Shown here piece after piece: positions 48,644 to 58,696 of a stretch of 64,000 nucleotides of DNA; position 1 is the stretch's first letter; each line of letters begins with the position of its first letter. The notes under the pieces are model-generated. The model saw only the letters and a program-made list of their open reading frames with translations, did no database searches and was not told the origin of the DNA. This DNA is from Thermomicrobia bacterium (lineage in GTDB: Bacteria > Chloroflexota > Chloroflexia > Thermomicrobiales > UBA6265). Location: contig JBIQLF010000006.1 of the NCBI GenBank assembly GCA_044464585.1, forward strand, positions 2,397 to 66,396, written 5' to 3'. The translations under genes and the position numbers were made by a program.

Positions 48644-49402
48644 TCATGTTCCCTCTTGCGCGGTCGCCCAGGGAGGCGTCAGAAAATCGGAAGAATCCCG
48701 GTCTGGCCGGTAACGATAGAGGCGGGCGGGACGGTGCGAGCCGTCCCGGCGGGTGGACCCGGTGACCGTGAGGATACCCAGTGCCGACATCCTGCGCCGG
48801 AAATTGCGTTTGTCGAGCTTCCGGCCCAGTACGGTCTCGTACGCGGATTGCAGCTCGCTCAAGGTGAATTCGGCCGGCAGGAGATTGAACCCGATCGTGG
48901 TGTAGTCCAGTTTCGATCGTACCCGGAACAATGCGTATTCGAAAACGAGCGCATCCCCGATGATCAACTGATCCAGTGCCGAGGCCAATTCCCATCGCCC
49001 GGACGCTGGCGCAATGAGCTCGTCCGGGCTACTGATGAGCGCCACATAACTGACAACAATGCGCCACACCCCGCTCTCGACTACCGTCAGCGTATAGAGC
49101 TGCTCCATATATTGCTCGGGCAAACCCAAATGGGAGCGAAGCGCATCCCGGGCCTGCAGATCGATCGAGGTGAATCGGCTCACACTTGCTCGCGGCAGCT
49201 GCTGCACCCCTTTCGCCCGGTCGAGCAAGACGTAGAGAAGATCGCCGCAAATCGTGAACGCGGCGACACGGATGTCGACTTCCGGAGCGGCGACTGCCAA
49301 CTCCGTTCGATCGTGACTCTTCGGTTCGAATCGCGCGCGTTGATCCACTCGTGCTCCATGAATCGCCCGCAGGCATCCAAAGCGCGTGCATGGCGGTTCC
49401 AT
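48644..49402 (-). CDS. nrtR: NrtR-family (Nudix-related) transcriptional regulator; start uncertain
   Basis: Nudix-like N-domain (VAAFTICGDLLYVLL...) and C-terminal wHTH FTLSELQSAYETVLGRKLDKRNFRRRM...RPARLYRY; 7 nt upstream of nadK. Confidence 0.8.
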   Translation of the reverse strand: MEPPCTRFGCLRAIHGARVDQRARFEPKSHDRTELAVAAPEVDIRVAAFTICGDLLYVLLDRAKGVQQLPRASVSRFTSIDLQARDALRSHLGLPEQYMEQLYTLTVVESGVWRIVVSYVALISSPDELIAPASGRWELASALDQLIIGDALVFEYALFRVRSKLDYTTIGFNLLPAEFTLSELQSAYETVLGRKLDKRNFRRRMSALGILTVTGSTRRDGSHRPARLYRYRPDRDSSDFLTPPWATAQEGT

Positions 49403-49457
49403 GGCAAGTTTACCGTGCTAGGCTTGGAGGGATTGGGCGAAGTCAGGGAGCGTACTT

Positions 49458-50096
49458 GTGTCGAAAGCCAGCAGAATTCAGGACGGAAATGTTGTCGCGG
49501 TCGTTCGGTTGGACGATCTCTCCCGAGCGGTGGAATTGACCCGCGCGCTGGCAGCGGGCGGTGTGACCTCGGTCGAGTTCACCTTCACGAATCCGAGAGC
49601 CGCCCAGGTCATCACGACCGTGCGAGAGGCCGTGGGAGACGACGCGTTCATCGGCGCGGGCACGGTGCTCGATGCAGAGACCGCCCGGACTGCCATCCTC
49701 GCCGGCGCGGAATACATCGTTACCCCTACCTTCCGTCCCGCCACAATCCAAATGTGCCGGCGCTACAGTATTCCCACCGTCATAGGCGCCTTCACGCCGA
49801 CCGAGATTCTCAGTGCCTGGGAATCGGGCGCCGATTTCATCAAGGTCCATCCCGCGAGCCTCGGTGGCCCCAAGTACTTCAAGGATGTTCTGGCGCCTTT
49901 TCCGCATATCAAACTCATTCCTTCGGGAGGAGTCACGCTCGAGAACGCCGCCGACTTCATCAGGGCCGGAGCCGTGGCGGTCGGGCTCGGCGGCGCACTG
50001 GTCGACCCGAAGGCGATCGAGACGGCTGACTGGGCGTCCATCACCGCCCGCGCGCGCTCGCTTTCCGATTCGATCGCGGCCGCCAAGGCGAAATAA
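49458..50096 (+). CDS. eda: KDPG / 4-hydroxy-2-oxoglutarate aldolase
   Basis: ...VVAVVRLDD...GVTSVEFTFTNP...IGAGTVLD...FIKVHPAS...KLIPSGGV. Confidence 0.9.
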   Translation: MSKASRIQDGNVVAVVRLDDLSRAVELTRALAAGGVTSVEFTFTNPRAAQVITTVREAVGDDAFIGAGTVLDAETARTAILAGAEYIVTPTFRPATIQMCRRYSIPTVIGAFTPTEILSAWESGADFIKVHPASLGGPKYFKDVLAPFPHIKLIPSGGVTLENAADFIRAGAVAVGLGGALVDPKAIETADWASITARARSLSDSIAAAKAK

Positions 50097-50163
50097 CCCC
50101 TCCGCTCGGTTGCGTCGGGATTCGAGCGTGTACCAGCGGACGCGACCCGATCGATGATGAAAT

Positions 50164-50197
50164 GAAACGGTCGCCTCGGATTCGAGGCGACCGTTTC
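50164..50197. terminator. Bidirectional terminator hairpin (15-bp perfect stem, 4-nt loop) between eda and resA
   Basis: GAAACGGTCGCCTCG-gatt-CGAGGCGACCGTTTC followed by tcgaatt. Confidence 0.65.
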
Positions 50198-50229
50198 TCG
50201 AATTGTATCGATCTGCGATCCGGGACGCT

Positions 50230-50883
50230 CTAGTGGGACGATCCCGGCTTCGACGCGGCGCTTTCCGGCAAAATCGACTGGGCCGCGGCAATGGCCTGAT
50301 CCGCACTCATTTCCGAAAGGACAATATTCCGGACGATTCCGTCCTCGTCGATGAAGATATGCGTCGGGAAATTGTAGATCGGGTACGTCGGACTGGTGAG
50401 CGTTCGGTCGGGATCGAGCAGGATCGTAAATGTGACACCGTTCAGTTCGGCGAAGTTGACCGCTTCCGAGGGCTTATCGCCCAGACTGATCGCCAATAGG
50501 GTCAATCCTTGTGGCGCAAGTTGCTCGTAGGCAGTCTGGATGTCGGGCATCTCGGCCCGGCAGGGCGGGCACCACGAACCCCAGAAATTCAACCAGACCG
50601 GTTGACCGTGGAAATCGCTCAGATGAACGATCTCCCCCTGCGGACTGACGGCTACGAAATCCGGAGCGACATCACCGACCTTTGGCAGCAGGCTGGTATT
50701 GATGCCGCCTTTTCCGACATCGCCCAGCCCCGCGTGTCCCGCGACATACCACGCGATCACCAGGATGACGGCCGCCACCACCAGACCGGCCAGCGCTTGC
50801 TTCTTCCGCGGGGACGAGTCGCCCTCTGATTCGATTCGATCGGCGGTAATCTCGGTCACGGCGTTCTTAGTTGACTCCGCCAT
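50230..50883 (-). CDS. resA: Thiol:disulfide oxidoreductase, ResA/TlpA family
   Basis: One TM helix then a thioredoxin fold, NFWGSWCPPCRAEMP; ATG 50883 preferred over 50931. Confidence 0.88.
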   Translation of the reverse strand: MAESTKNAVTEITADRIESEGDSSPRKKQALAGLVVAAVILVIAWYVAGHAGLGDVGKGGINTSLLPKVGDVAPDFVAVSPQGEIVHLSDFHGQPVWLNFWGSWCPPCRAEMPDIQTAYEQLAPQGLTLLAISLGDKPSEAVNFAELNGVTFTILLDPDRTLTSPTYPIYNFPTHIFIDEDGIVRNIVLSEMSADQAIAAAQSILPESAASKPGSSH

Positions 50884-51772
50884 ATGCGTGCAGTCCACCG
50901 AAGAAATAGTTGCCGTAGTAGGTGAACGCAACCGCGATGAACCCGATGATCAAGATTACGGCGCTCCGTTGTCCGCGCCATCCGCGCAATGAGCGTGTGT
51001 GGAGATAGACGCCGTAGACCAGCCAGGTGAACAATGCGGCGGTTTCCTTGGGATCCCACGACCAATATGCGCCCCACGCCCGATGTGCCCAGACGGAGCC
51101 CAGAATGAGCACGAGCGCCAGCATCGGGAATCCGACTGTCACTGCCCGGTACCCGATGTCGTCGAGCATGTCCGTGCTGGGGAGCCAGGAAACATGTTTG
51201 CGCATCTGAATCAGGAAGAGAATGGCGGCCGCGAACGAAACGGCGAACGTCGAATAGGAGATGATCGCCGCGGAAACATGCAGCGTCATCAACGGCCGGT
51301 TCTGGAGAGCGGGATTGAGCGCATCGACCTCGCGCATCCGCGGCGGCAGCGACCAGAGATACAGGCACATCCCAAGCGCGATGGTCATCACGATCGCACC
51401 AAGTTGCTTGACCTCATAGAATCGCTCGAAGAGCATATAGGACAGCGTCAGCACGAAGACGAACGCGAGGCTGAATTCGTACATATTCGAATACGGACCG
51501 CGGTGCGAGGCGATTGCCCGGGTCAATACCGCCAATCCGGCGAAGACCGCGGCGAACCACCCGAAGAGCGTGCCGAACCGGCCCGCGCCAGCCGAACCCG
51601 GACCGAATTCGGCGGTCGATCCACTGACCGTCATTCCGGTATTGGTCGCCAGCGACGTGCGCCGCACCCGGATGCGGCCGACCCCGTAGACGACATAGGA
51701 CACCCACGCCGCGGCCACAGCAATCGATGCTGCCGCGAAGAGATAAAACGAGAGTTTGACCATTCCTTCCAT
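50867..51772 (-). CDS. ccsA: Cytochrome c biogenesis protein CcsA/ResC
   Basis: Polytopic; Trp-rich haem-handling motif WAHRAWGAYWSWDPKETAAL. Confidence 0.92.
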   Translation of the reverse strand: MEGMVKLSFYLFAAASIAVAAAWVSYVVYGVGRIRVRRTSLATNTGMTVSGSTAEFGPGSAGAGRFGTLFGWFAAVFAGLAVLTRAIASHRGPYSNMYEFSLAFVFVLTLSYMLFERFYEVKQLGAIVMTIALGMCLYLWSLPPRMREVDALNPALQNRPLMTLHVSAAIISYSTFAVSFAAAILFLIQMRKHVSWLPSTDMLDDIGYRAVTVGFPMLALVLILGSVWAHRAWGAYWSWDPKETAALFTWLVYGVYLHTRSLRGWRGQRSAVILIIGFIAVAFTYYGNYFFGGLHAYGGVN

Positions 51773-51826
51773 GCGTGCGTCCTTTGTATCGTTCCCGGGC
51801 GTCTATGGCCCATCACTGCTGCAATT

Positions 51827-53308
51827 CTACGCCGTTTCCATCTGCTGGCCGTCCAGGGCGGATACGGCCGGACTCGCTCGTTCCCGGATCGTAAGATCGC
51901 TCCCGAACTTCCTGGACAGCGCCTCGACCACATTGCGGAAATCCTTCTGACCGGACCAGTCGCGTTTGGCAAGCGGAGCCATCACGAACTGGGTCGCGCC
52001 ATCGGGACCGCTGTTGTCGAAAATTGCGCGAATCCGGCGATGTGGGAAATAGAATGTGGCAAAGAGTCCGCCAACCAAAAGAAACGCCGCGGTCCAGAAA
52101 ATCGGCACCCCCGGATTCCGCGCCACCTGGAGTAGGGTATACCGCTTCTCCCGCACGAACTCGATGGTGTAATTGCCCAGTTGCTGGGGGCGTCCCTGAT
52201 CCAGAATCGTATCCGGCATCGCGGAGGAGGCATTCGGTCCGATCTCGCGCATTTGCACATACATTTGCCCGCTCAGCAGATTGAGCGTGTCCAGCATCGG
52301 CGCATTGGCCCGGTCATCATCGGGACCGATCACATTCAACTGGATACCGAGCTGTGGCAGCGAAATGACACCAGCCGGAGCGTCCGGATTCATGGTCGAC
52401 CGATAGATACCCAATTCGGTCGAATCGTCATACAGCACATTGCCGCCGGCATCGCTCACGCGCATCTGCACCGCCTGCCCGAAGCTCGTCTGATAGAACG
52501 TGGTCGTTCCATAGGTCATTGGATTGTTGACGGTGATCGATTCCTCTTTGACCTGCTCGCCGTTCTTGTAGAGGATCAGGTCGCTTTGATAGCTCGCGGG
52601 CGATCCATCTTCTCGCCAGCTGTCGTTGAATTGTTCCAGCTTGACACTCAGCCCGGTGCCATGCCCGACCTCGCGCACCGAACCCTCGGGAATGATGAAT
52701 TCGTTCTCCTTGAATCCATAGCGCGCTCCGACGATTCCGCCGATGAGCATCAGGATCAGCGCGAGATGGAAGGGAAAGGTGGCAAGTTTGGCCCAGCGGT
52801 TCTTGTCAGCGTAGAGATGAACCGCGTCGCCCTGTCGCTCGGAGAGCACGCGATACCGTTTCTTGCCGAGCGCGGCGGCATAGGATTCGACCGCCGTATC
52901 GACCGGCTCCGCCAGCGTCGCATTTGCGGAGATCTCCGCATTGCGAATGAAGCCGCGCGTCGTCGTGATGGTCGGCTTGTCGATCGTTCGCCAGATTCCG
53001 GGTGCGCGATTGATCGTGCAAACCGTGATCGCGATCGTCAGGATTCCCAGCATGAGCATGAAGGGAACCGAATGGAAAACATCCCAGTCATACCAGCGCG
53101 CCACGATTCCCGATGTGCCCGGAATCCGGTCGGCGATCCATTGTGGCACCGACGATCCGCGCAGCGTGCCGAGCAAGACCAATACGGCCAGAATCACGAT
53201 TTCCACCACCGCGGCTCGCACCGAGCAGAAGAATCGCCAGACCCGGTCGACGATCGTTTCGATCGGGGCGTTGCGGAATCCTCGTTTTTCCAGCGTGGCT
53301 TGCGCCAT
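51827..53308 (-). CDS. resB: Cytochrome c biogenesis protein ResB/CcsB (Ccs1)
   Basis: ...VWRFFCSVRAAVVEIVILAVLVLLGTL...; large soluble loop; C-terminal TM helices; ATG 53308 inside track ORF 51827..53437. Confidence 0.88.
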   Translation of the reverse strand: MAQATLEKRGFRNAPIETIVDRVWRFFCSVRAAVVEIVILAVLVLLGTLRGSSVPQWIADRIPGTSGIVARWYDWDVFHSVPFMLMLGILTIAITVCTINRAPGIWRTIDKPTITTTRGFIRNAEISANATLAEPVDTAVESYAAALGKKRYRVLSERQGDAVHLYADKNRWAKLATFPFHLALILMLIGGIVGARYGFKENEFIIPEGSVREVGHGTGLSVKLEQFNDSWREDGSPASYQSDLILYKNGEQVKEESITVNNPMTYGTTTFYQTSFGQAVQMRVSDAGGNVLYDDSTELGIYRSTMNPDAPAGVISLPQLGIQLNVIGPDDDRANAPMLDTLNLLSGQMYVQMREIGPNASSAMPDTILDQGRPQQLGNYTIEFVREKRYTLLQVARNPGVPIFWTAAFLLVGGLFATFYFPHRRIRAIFDNSGPDGATQFVMAPLAKRDWSGQKDFRNVVEALSRKFGSDLTIRERASPAVSALDGQQMETA

Positions 53309-53339
53309 AGATCTTCGTCCTCGAATGATTGCGCGCTGT

Positions 53340-54083
53340 CTAGAGTCGCGGCTCCCAGGGAGTCCAGGGAACCACCGCGGCGATTCGCGCAAAGAGCTGT
53401 TGATAGATGCCGAGCAGCATGATCGCCCCCACGGCAATCATGATGCCACCACTCAGGCTATTGACGGCCGAAAGATGCCGAGTCAGACCTCGCACCATAT
53501 GGGAGGTGGTGCCGAGTGCCGCGAAGGCCAGGAACGGCACGGCCAACCCGAGTGAGTAGGCGACCAGCAACCAGGCAGCCCGGACCGTATCGCCCTGACC
53601 GGCAGCCATGGTGAGAATGGCGCCCAGGATCGGTCCGACGCACGGCGACCAGCCCGCTCCGAAGGTCGCCCCGATGATAAACGACGAGGTAACCGATCCG
53701 GATGATTGTGTGAAATGCTGAATGCGTCGCTCTCGTCCGATGATCGGCAGCGTGATCAATCCGATCTGCTGCAGACCCAGCAACATGAGCAACACCCCGC
53801 CGATGCGAACCAGCCAGAACCGATTGCTGGCCACCACATCAGCCGTGGAAACCAGCGATCCGGCCGCGCCCAGCGCGATACCCATGGCCACGAAAACGGC
53901 CGAGAATCCAGCTACATAGGCAATGGCATTGCGAAACACCCGTTGCCGGTCGATCGTCGGTCCGTTGACCGACACACCCGCGATATGACCCAGATAGAGC
54001 GGAATCAATGGCAACACGCAGGGCGAGGTGATCGAAAGCACCCCGGCGACGAAGGCCGTGATCATCGAGACATTGCTGGTCAT
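53340..54083 (-). CDS. ccdA: Cytochrome c biogenesis thiol-reductant transporter CcdA (DsbD core)
   Basis: MTSNVSMITAFVAGVLSITSPCVLPLIPLYL...GWSPCVGPILG (two conserved Cys motifs); ATG 54083. Confidence 0.9.
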   Translation of the reverse strand: MTSNVSMITAFVAGVLSITSPCVLPLIPLYLGHIAGVSVNGPTIDRQRVFRNAIAYVAGFSAVFVAMGIALGAAGSLVSTADVVASNRFWLVRIGGVLLMLLGLQQIGLITLPIIGRERRIQHFTQSSGSVTSSFIIGATFGAGWSPCVGPILGAILTMAAGQGDTVRAAWLLVAYSLGLAVPFLAFAALGTTSHMVRGLTRHLSAVNSLSGGIMIAVGAIMLLGIYQQLFARIAAVVPWTPWEPRL

Positions 54084-54179
54084 GTGGGAACGATCACAGT
54101 GTGGAATCCCGGTCACCACGGCTCGATTCGGGCGGTCCGAAACGGGCCGGTGAGGCAGCCGAAATGGTACCATTGACTC

Positions 54180-55001
54180 GTGATCGATGCCTCGAAATCC
54201 CCCTCCACGTCATCTTCTCCGATCTCCAATCGCGACCGGGTCTACCGGACCGAAGCGATCGTACTGAGTCGTTTCGATCTGGGCGAGACCGACCGGATCT
54301 TCACCCTCCTGACCCGCGATCGGGGCAAGATTCGCGCGGTTGCCAAGGGCGCGCGCCGGCCCACCAGCAAGCTTGCGCCATCGCTCGAATACTTCACGCG
54401 TTGCCGGATGATGCTCAGCCGGGGCCGCGATCTGGATGTCATCACCTCGGTCGAGGTGATCGAACGGCCCGATGCACTGGGCGAGCGGATCGATGCCTTT
54501 TCCCACGCCTGCCATCTTGCCGAGGTCACCAACCGGCTCGTGCCGGAAAGTCAGGATGTCCCGGAGATTTACGGTCTCCTCTCCGCCGCGCTGGCAGAGC
54601 TCGAACAGCCGGGAGAACCGTGGTTGCTGGCGCGATGGTACGAAATGGCGCTGCTGGCGCTGACCGGGTACCGGCTGGATCTCTACCATTGCGCCGGCTG
54701 TGGCGCCGATCTGCTGGCCGAACCGAACACGCTCGGTATCCAAAGCGGGGGTATTCTCTGTCCGAATTGTCGCCCCGCCGATCCGAGTGGCCGGGTCATG
54801 TCCATCAATGCCCAAAAAATCCTGCGGTCGCTCGATCGCAATGGCATGAGCGAAATTCGCCGGATCTCCGTGGAGCCCAGACTTGCAACCGAGATCGAAG
54901 CGATCCTTTCCGGGTATATTCGCTCGATCGCCGAACGCGATTTCACCAGCCTCAAGGTATTGCGCGAAATTCGCGAGACGGCTCCGCTCTACGATCGTTG
55001 A
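54180..55001 (+). CDS. recO: DNA repair protein RecO
   Basis: ...[38 protein letters not shown]...; Zn motif CAGCG...CPNC. Confidence 0.92.
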   Translation: MIDASKSPSTSSSPISNRDRVYRTEAIVLSRFDLGETDRIFTLLTRDRGKIRAVAKGARRPTSKLAPSLEYFTRCRMMLSRGRDLDVITSVEVIERPDALGERIDAFSHACHLAEVTNRLVPESQDVPEIYGLLSAALAELEQPGEPWLLARWYEMALLALTGYRLDLYHCAGCGADLLAEPNTLGIQSGGILCPNCRPADPSGRVMSINAQKILRSLDRNGMSEIRRISVEPRLATEIEAILSGYIRSIAERDFTSLKVLREIRETAPLYDR

Positions 55002-55657
55002 TCGCGTTGCCGGGTACGCAGGACCGATTGCTCCTGTCGCCACGTCGCAATTTCGGCGTGGTGCCCGCTCAGGAGCACCGGTGGCACGCTGAGACCGCGA
55101 TATTCTGCCGGTCGCGTGTAGTGGGGATACTCGATCAGACCCTGCAGATGCGATTCCTCCACGATCGAGGCATCGTCGATCACCCCGGGAATCAGGCGCG
55201 TAACTGCATCCACGATCACCATGGCGGGCAGCTCGCCGCCGGTCAGAACATAGTTGCCGATGGACACCTCTTCGGCGTTCAGGAGCTCGGCTACCCGGGC
55301 ATCGATACCCTCGTAATGCCCGCAGATCAGAACGATCTCGGGTTCTTCCGCCAGCTCGGCCGCAAATGCCTGATCGAAGGTGCGCCCGCCGGCGCTGGTG
55401 ATCAGAATCCGGCCTGGTCGATCCCCGAGCACCGCCTCCACGCCCTCGACGATCGGCGGCGCCATGAGCACCATCCCCGCGCCGCCGCCATACGGGCGAT
55501 CGTCGGCGGTCCGGTGACGATCGTACGTCCAGGTTCGGATGTCGTGGATCGATAGCTCGACCAGATCTGCTGCGATTGCCCGGCGAATGATGCTCTCTCC
55601 GAAAGGCCCGCTGAACATGGCCGGAAAGAGCGTGAAGATCGAAAAATGCAGGCTCAT
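54989..55657 (-). CDS. trmD: tRNA (guanine37-N1)-methyltransferase
   Basis: [19 protein letters not shown]...[13 protein letters not shown]...[11 protein letters not shown]...[14 protein letters not shown]; ATG 55657 inside track ORF 54989..56128. Confidence 0.95.
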   Translation of the reverse strand: MSLHFSIFTLFPAMFSGPFGESIIRRAIAADLVELSIHDIRTWTYDRHRTADDRPYGGGAGMVLMAPPIVEGVEAVLGDRPGRILITSAGGRTFDQAFAAELAEEPEIVLICGHYEGIDARVAELLNAEEVSIGNYVLTGGELPAMVIVDAVTRLIPGVIDDASIVEESHLQGLIEYPHYTRPAEYRGLSVPPVLLSGHHAEIATWRQEQSVLRTRQRDQRS

Positions 55658-56388
55658 CTCCAGCCGAGTGCTTCGATCAATGCGGGCGCGGCGTTTTCCA
55701 TCGACGGCACGATCAGATCGGGCGCCAGTTCGCTCGACGGGGCGTCCTTGGCATCCGGACGCCGATACCAGGCGGTGCGCATTCCGGCTCGTGCCGCTCC
55801 GCCAACATCGAATCGAAGCGAGTCGCCGATGTGTAGCGAGGTCGCCGCCGGAGCGCGCAAATCGGCCAGCGCCGACCAATAGATTTCCGGCCGGCTCTTG
55901 TAGAACCCGCACGATGCCGACGTCGTGATTTGATCGAACGCCCCGGTCATATCGAAACGATCGAGCGACCACAACAGAAAATCGTGATGCACCGCGATCG
56001 AGACGACTCCGAGCTGGACACCCGCATCGGAAAGCTCGGTAACCGCCTGCTTCGCTCCCGCCACGGGATGAGCCGTTTCGAAGGCCGTGCGCATGATGGC
56101 GTCGAGCGCGATGTCGACTGCTTCCCACGACATCGCGAAACCGATCCGCTCCAGAATCGTGCGAACCGCACGGTCGGCGGGGAGTTCATGGCCGTGCACG
56201 TGGATCGCCATCCGCAGCTTGCGATATTCCGCGTCGGCCGCGGCAAACACCGCGTCGGGCACATCGATTTCCCCGAGATCGTGCCAATAGCGCAATACGT
56301 CACTCACCAGGGTGCGGATTTCGATCTGGAACCACTCGTCGCATTCGATGAGCGTGTTGTGAAAATCGAAGGTAATCGTCTGACTCAT
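55654..56388 (-). CDS. HAD-superfamily hydrolase
   Basis: [14 protein letters not shown] (DxD-type motif I variant), ...[13 protein letters not shown] (motif IV); stop overlaps trmD start (ATGA). Confidence 0.8.
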   Translation of the reverse strand: MSQTITFDFHNTLIECDEWFQIEIRTLVSDVLRYWHDLGEIDVPDAVFAAADAEYRKLRMAIHVHGHELPADRAVRTILERIGFAMSWEAVDIALDAIMRTAFETAHPVAGAKQAVTELSDAGVQLGVVSIAVHHDFLLWSLDRFDMTGAFDQITTSASCGFYKSRPEIYWSALADLRAPAATSLHIGDSLRFDVGGAARAGMRTAWYRRPDAKDAPSSELAPDLIVPSMENAAPALIEALGWR

Positions 56389-56405
56389 GGCCGGGAAACT
56401 CACTC

Positions 56406-57056
56406 TCATCTGCTGGCGATCCAAAGAAACGCCTCGGTGACCACGGGATCGAACTGGGTGCCTGAACATCGGCGCAATTCCGAAAGCGCGGCATCCACCG
56501 GCATTGCCGTTCGATAGGCGCGTTCGGAGGTCATCGCATCGAAGGCATCGACCACGCAAATGATCCGTGCTCCCAACGGGATCGACTCGGCCGCCAGTCG
56601 ACCAGGATATCCGGTCCCGTCATATCGCTCGTGATGATGCCGGACCAGCGGAGCGACCTCGACCATGCCCGGGCTGGACGACAGGAAATCGGCCGCTCGT
56701 GCCGGGTGCTCGCGCATCTCCGCCCATTCCGCGCTGTCCAATGGCCCCGGTTTGTCCAGAATCGTACGTGAGACCGTAAGCTTGCCCACATCGTGCACCC
56801 ATGCCGCATCGATCAAAAGCGTTCGGGCTTGCCCGTGAATCCGAAGCCGATCGGCCAACCGTCCAGCTGTTTCCGCCACCAGGCTGGCATGGACCCAGAG
56901 ACCGTGATCCAGCTCGCGCATTCGATCGACAATGGCCTGCCGGTCGAACCGTTCGGAACGACCGAGCAGTCTCGCCAGCGCCCGGTGTTCCAGATAGGTG
57001 TTCGTCATCTCCGAGGATAGTCCCGAATCCATCGCGCCGCGCGAAGTAAAATCCAA
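56406..57056 (-). CDS. HD-GYP domain protein (start uncertain; ATG 57032 or 57008 possible)
   Basis: ...AAWVHDVGK...HHHERYDGTGYP...VVDAFDAMTSERAYR. Confidence 0.88.
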   Translation of the reverse strand: MDFTSRGAMDSGLSSEMTNTYLEHRALARLLGRSERFDRQAIVDRMRELDHGLWVHASLVAETAGRLADRLRIHGQARTLLIDAAWVHDVGKLTVSRTILDKPGPLDSAEWAEMREHPARAADFLSSSPGMVEVAPLVRHHHERYDGTGYPGRLAAESIPLGARIICVVDAFDAMTSERAYRTAMPVDAALSELRRCSGTQFDPVVTEAFLWIASR

Positions 57057-57058
57057 GT

Positions 57059-58678
57059 ATGAATGTTCCCATGCGTCTGTTGCGCGTCCGCTTCCTGCTC
57101 ATCGTGGCCTTGCTGCTCGTGTCGGCACCCTTGTTGGCGGGAGCCCAGGGCTCGTCGAGATCGGGCGGTGGCCAGAATGGCATTCTGCGCATGGCCGGTC
57201 CCACCGATTTGCGCACCCTCGATCCGGCCAGAGCGAAGGATTTGGGTACGCTCTTTCTCGTGCGCCAGATCTTTAGTGGATTGACCCGGCTCGATGACGA
57301 TCTGCAACCGGTACCCGCACTTGCCGAATCGATCGAAGTTTCTGAGGACGGTCTGGTCTATACCTTCACCTTGCGGCGAGATGCGCGGTTCCAGGACGGT
57401 CGTGATATCACGGCCGATGACGTGGTCGTTTCCCTCACCCGGGCCTTCGACCCAGCCACGTCCGATGGCGATGCGAGCCTGCTTGCCGCGCCCACCTTTC
57501 TTTCGGATATCGAAGGCGCTCAGGACATGCTCTCCGGTGAGACATCGACGCTTTCCGGCGTAACCGCGCTCGACGATCTGACGGTTCGGATTCGCCTCGA
57601 TCGACCGCGTTCCACATTCCTGATGCGGCTGGCAACCGGACCGGCTTCGATCATCGACCGGAACGATCTTGCCAATGGCGACGAGTGGTGGACCGATCCC
57701 AATGGGTCGGGTCCGTTTCGCATCGACAGCTTCGATCTCGATACGGGTATGACCCTGGTCCCCAATCCTGACTTCTACGCGGGAAAACCAGCACTCGATG
57801 AGGTCCGGATCTTGCTGGGAGCCAATGCGTTTCAGCCGATGAATCTCTATCAGAATGGACTTGTCGACATTTCTCCCGTCTCGTTCTTCTCCCTCGACCG
57901 GGCACTCGATCCTGCCAGCGATCTTTATCCCGATTTGCGCCAGTCCGATCTTTTTGCGGTCGAATACCTGGCGTTCCGCCGCGATGTCGAACCCCTTGAC
58001 GATCCCGAGATCCGCAAGGCATTGATTCTGGGATTTCCGCGGGAAATGGTCGCGAGCGTTTCGTTCGATGGCCGGGTCGCTCCGGCGCTCGGGTTCATCC
58101 CGAATGGAATGCTGGGCCGGGATATCTGGCCCGTCAGCGGCTGGGATTACGATCTGGATGCTGCCCGGCAGGCCATCCGCGATTCGTCGTATCGCACTCC
58201 CGAGAACGTTCCCCCGGTCACCATCTATGCGAACGGACCGCCCGACCGGCTCATCTCCTTCAAGCAAGTCATCGAACGCGATCTTGGGTTGCGCATCGAG
58301 GTCGTCAATGTCGAATGGACCGAATTCATCGCCACCTTGCCGAAGCAGCTCTATCCGGCCTACGGCATCTATTGGGGAGCCGACTTTCCCGATCCGGAAA
58401 GCCTCCTGTTGACGCTCTTCGGCTCCGGCCAGCCTGATAACTACACGGGGTATTCGAATCCGGCATTCGACGATCTGTTGCAGCAGGCGGCCTCCGAGCA
58501 GAATCTCGATCAGCGCGTGGAGTTGTATGGACGAGCGAATCAGCTACTCATGGATGACGCGGTTGTTCTCCCGTTCTACTATGATCGAAGCTACATGCTC
58601 GTCCGGCCCTGGGTGCAGGGACTGGAAGTCACGCCGCTCGGCATCTTGTACCTCGACCGAATCACCGTGGAAACTTGA
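57059..58678 (+). CDS. ABC transporter substrate-binding protein, family 5 (peptide/nickel type)
   Basis: Signal peptide LLIVALLLVSAPLLAGAQG; ...LRMAGPTDLRTLDPA...GLTRLDDDLQPVPALAESIEVSEDGLVYTFTLRRDARFQDG. Confidence 0.88.
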   Translation: MNVPMRLLRVRFLLIVALLLVSAPLLAGAQGSSRSGGGQNGILRMAGPTDLRTLDPARAKDLGTLFLVRQIFSGLTRLDDDLQPVPALAESIEVSEDGLVYTFTLRRDARFQDGRDITADDVVVSLTRAFDPATSDGDASLLAAPTFLSDIEGAQDMLSGETSTLSGVTALDDLTVRIRLDRPRSTFLMRLATGPASIIDRNDLANGDEWWTDPNGSGPFRIDSFDLDTGMTLVPNPDFYAGKPALDEVRILLGANAFQPMNLYQNGLVDISPVSFFSLDRALDPASDLYPDLRQSDLFAVEYLAFRRDVEPLDDPEIRKALILGFPREMVASVSFDGRVAPALGFIPNGMLGRDIWPVSGWDYDLDAARQAIRDSSYRTPENVPPVTIYANGPPDRLISFKQVIERDLGLRIEVVNVEWTEFIATLPKQLYPAYGIYWGADFPDPESLLLTLFGSGQPDNYTGYSNPAFDDLLQQAASEQNLDQRVELYGRANQLLMDDAVVLPFYYDRSYMLVRPWVQGLEVTPLGILYLDRITVET

Positions 58679-58696
58679 ATCGACCGCTGCTCGCCA

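Noticed and set aside
57056-57059. Divergent HD-GYP and SBP genes with start codons only 2 bp apart
   Set aside because: This is most likely a start-codon over-extension, since internal ATGs exist at 57032/57008 and 57071. It is not a real promoter-less arrangement.
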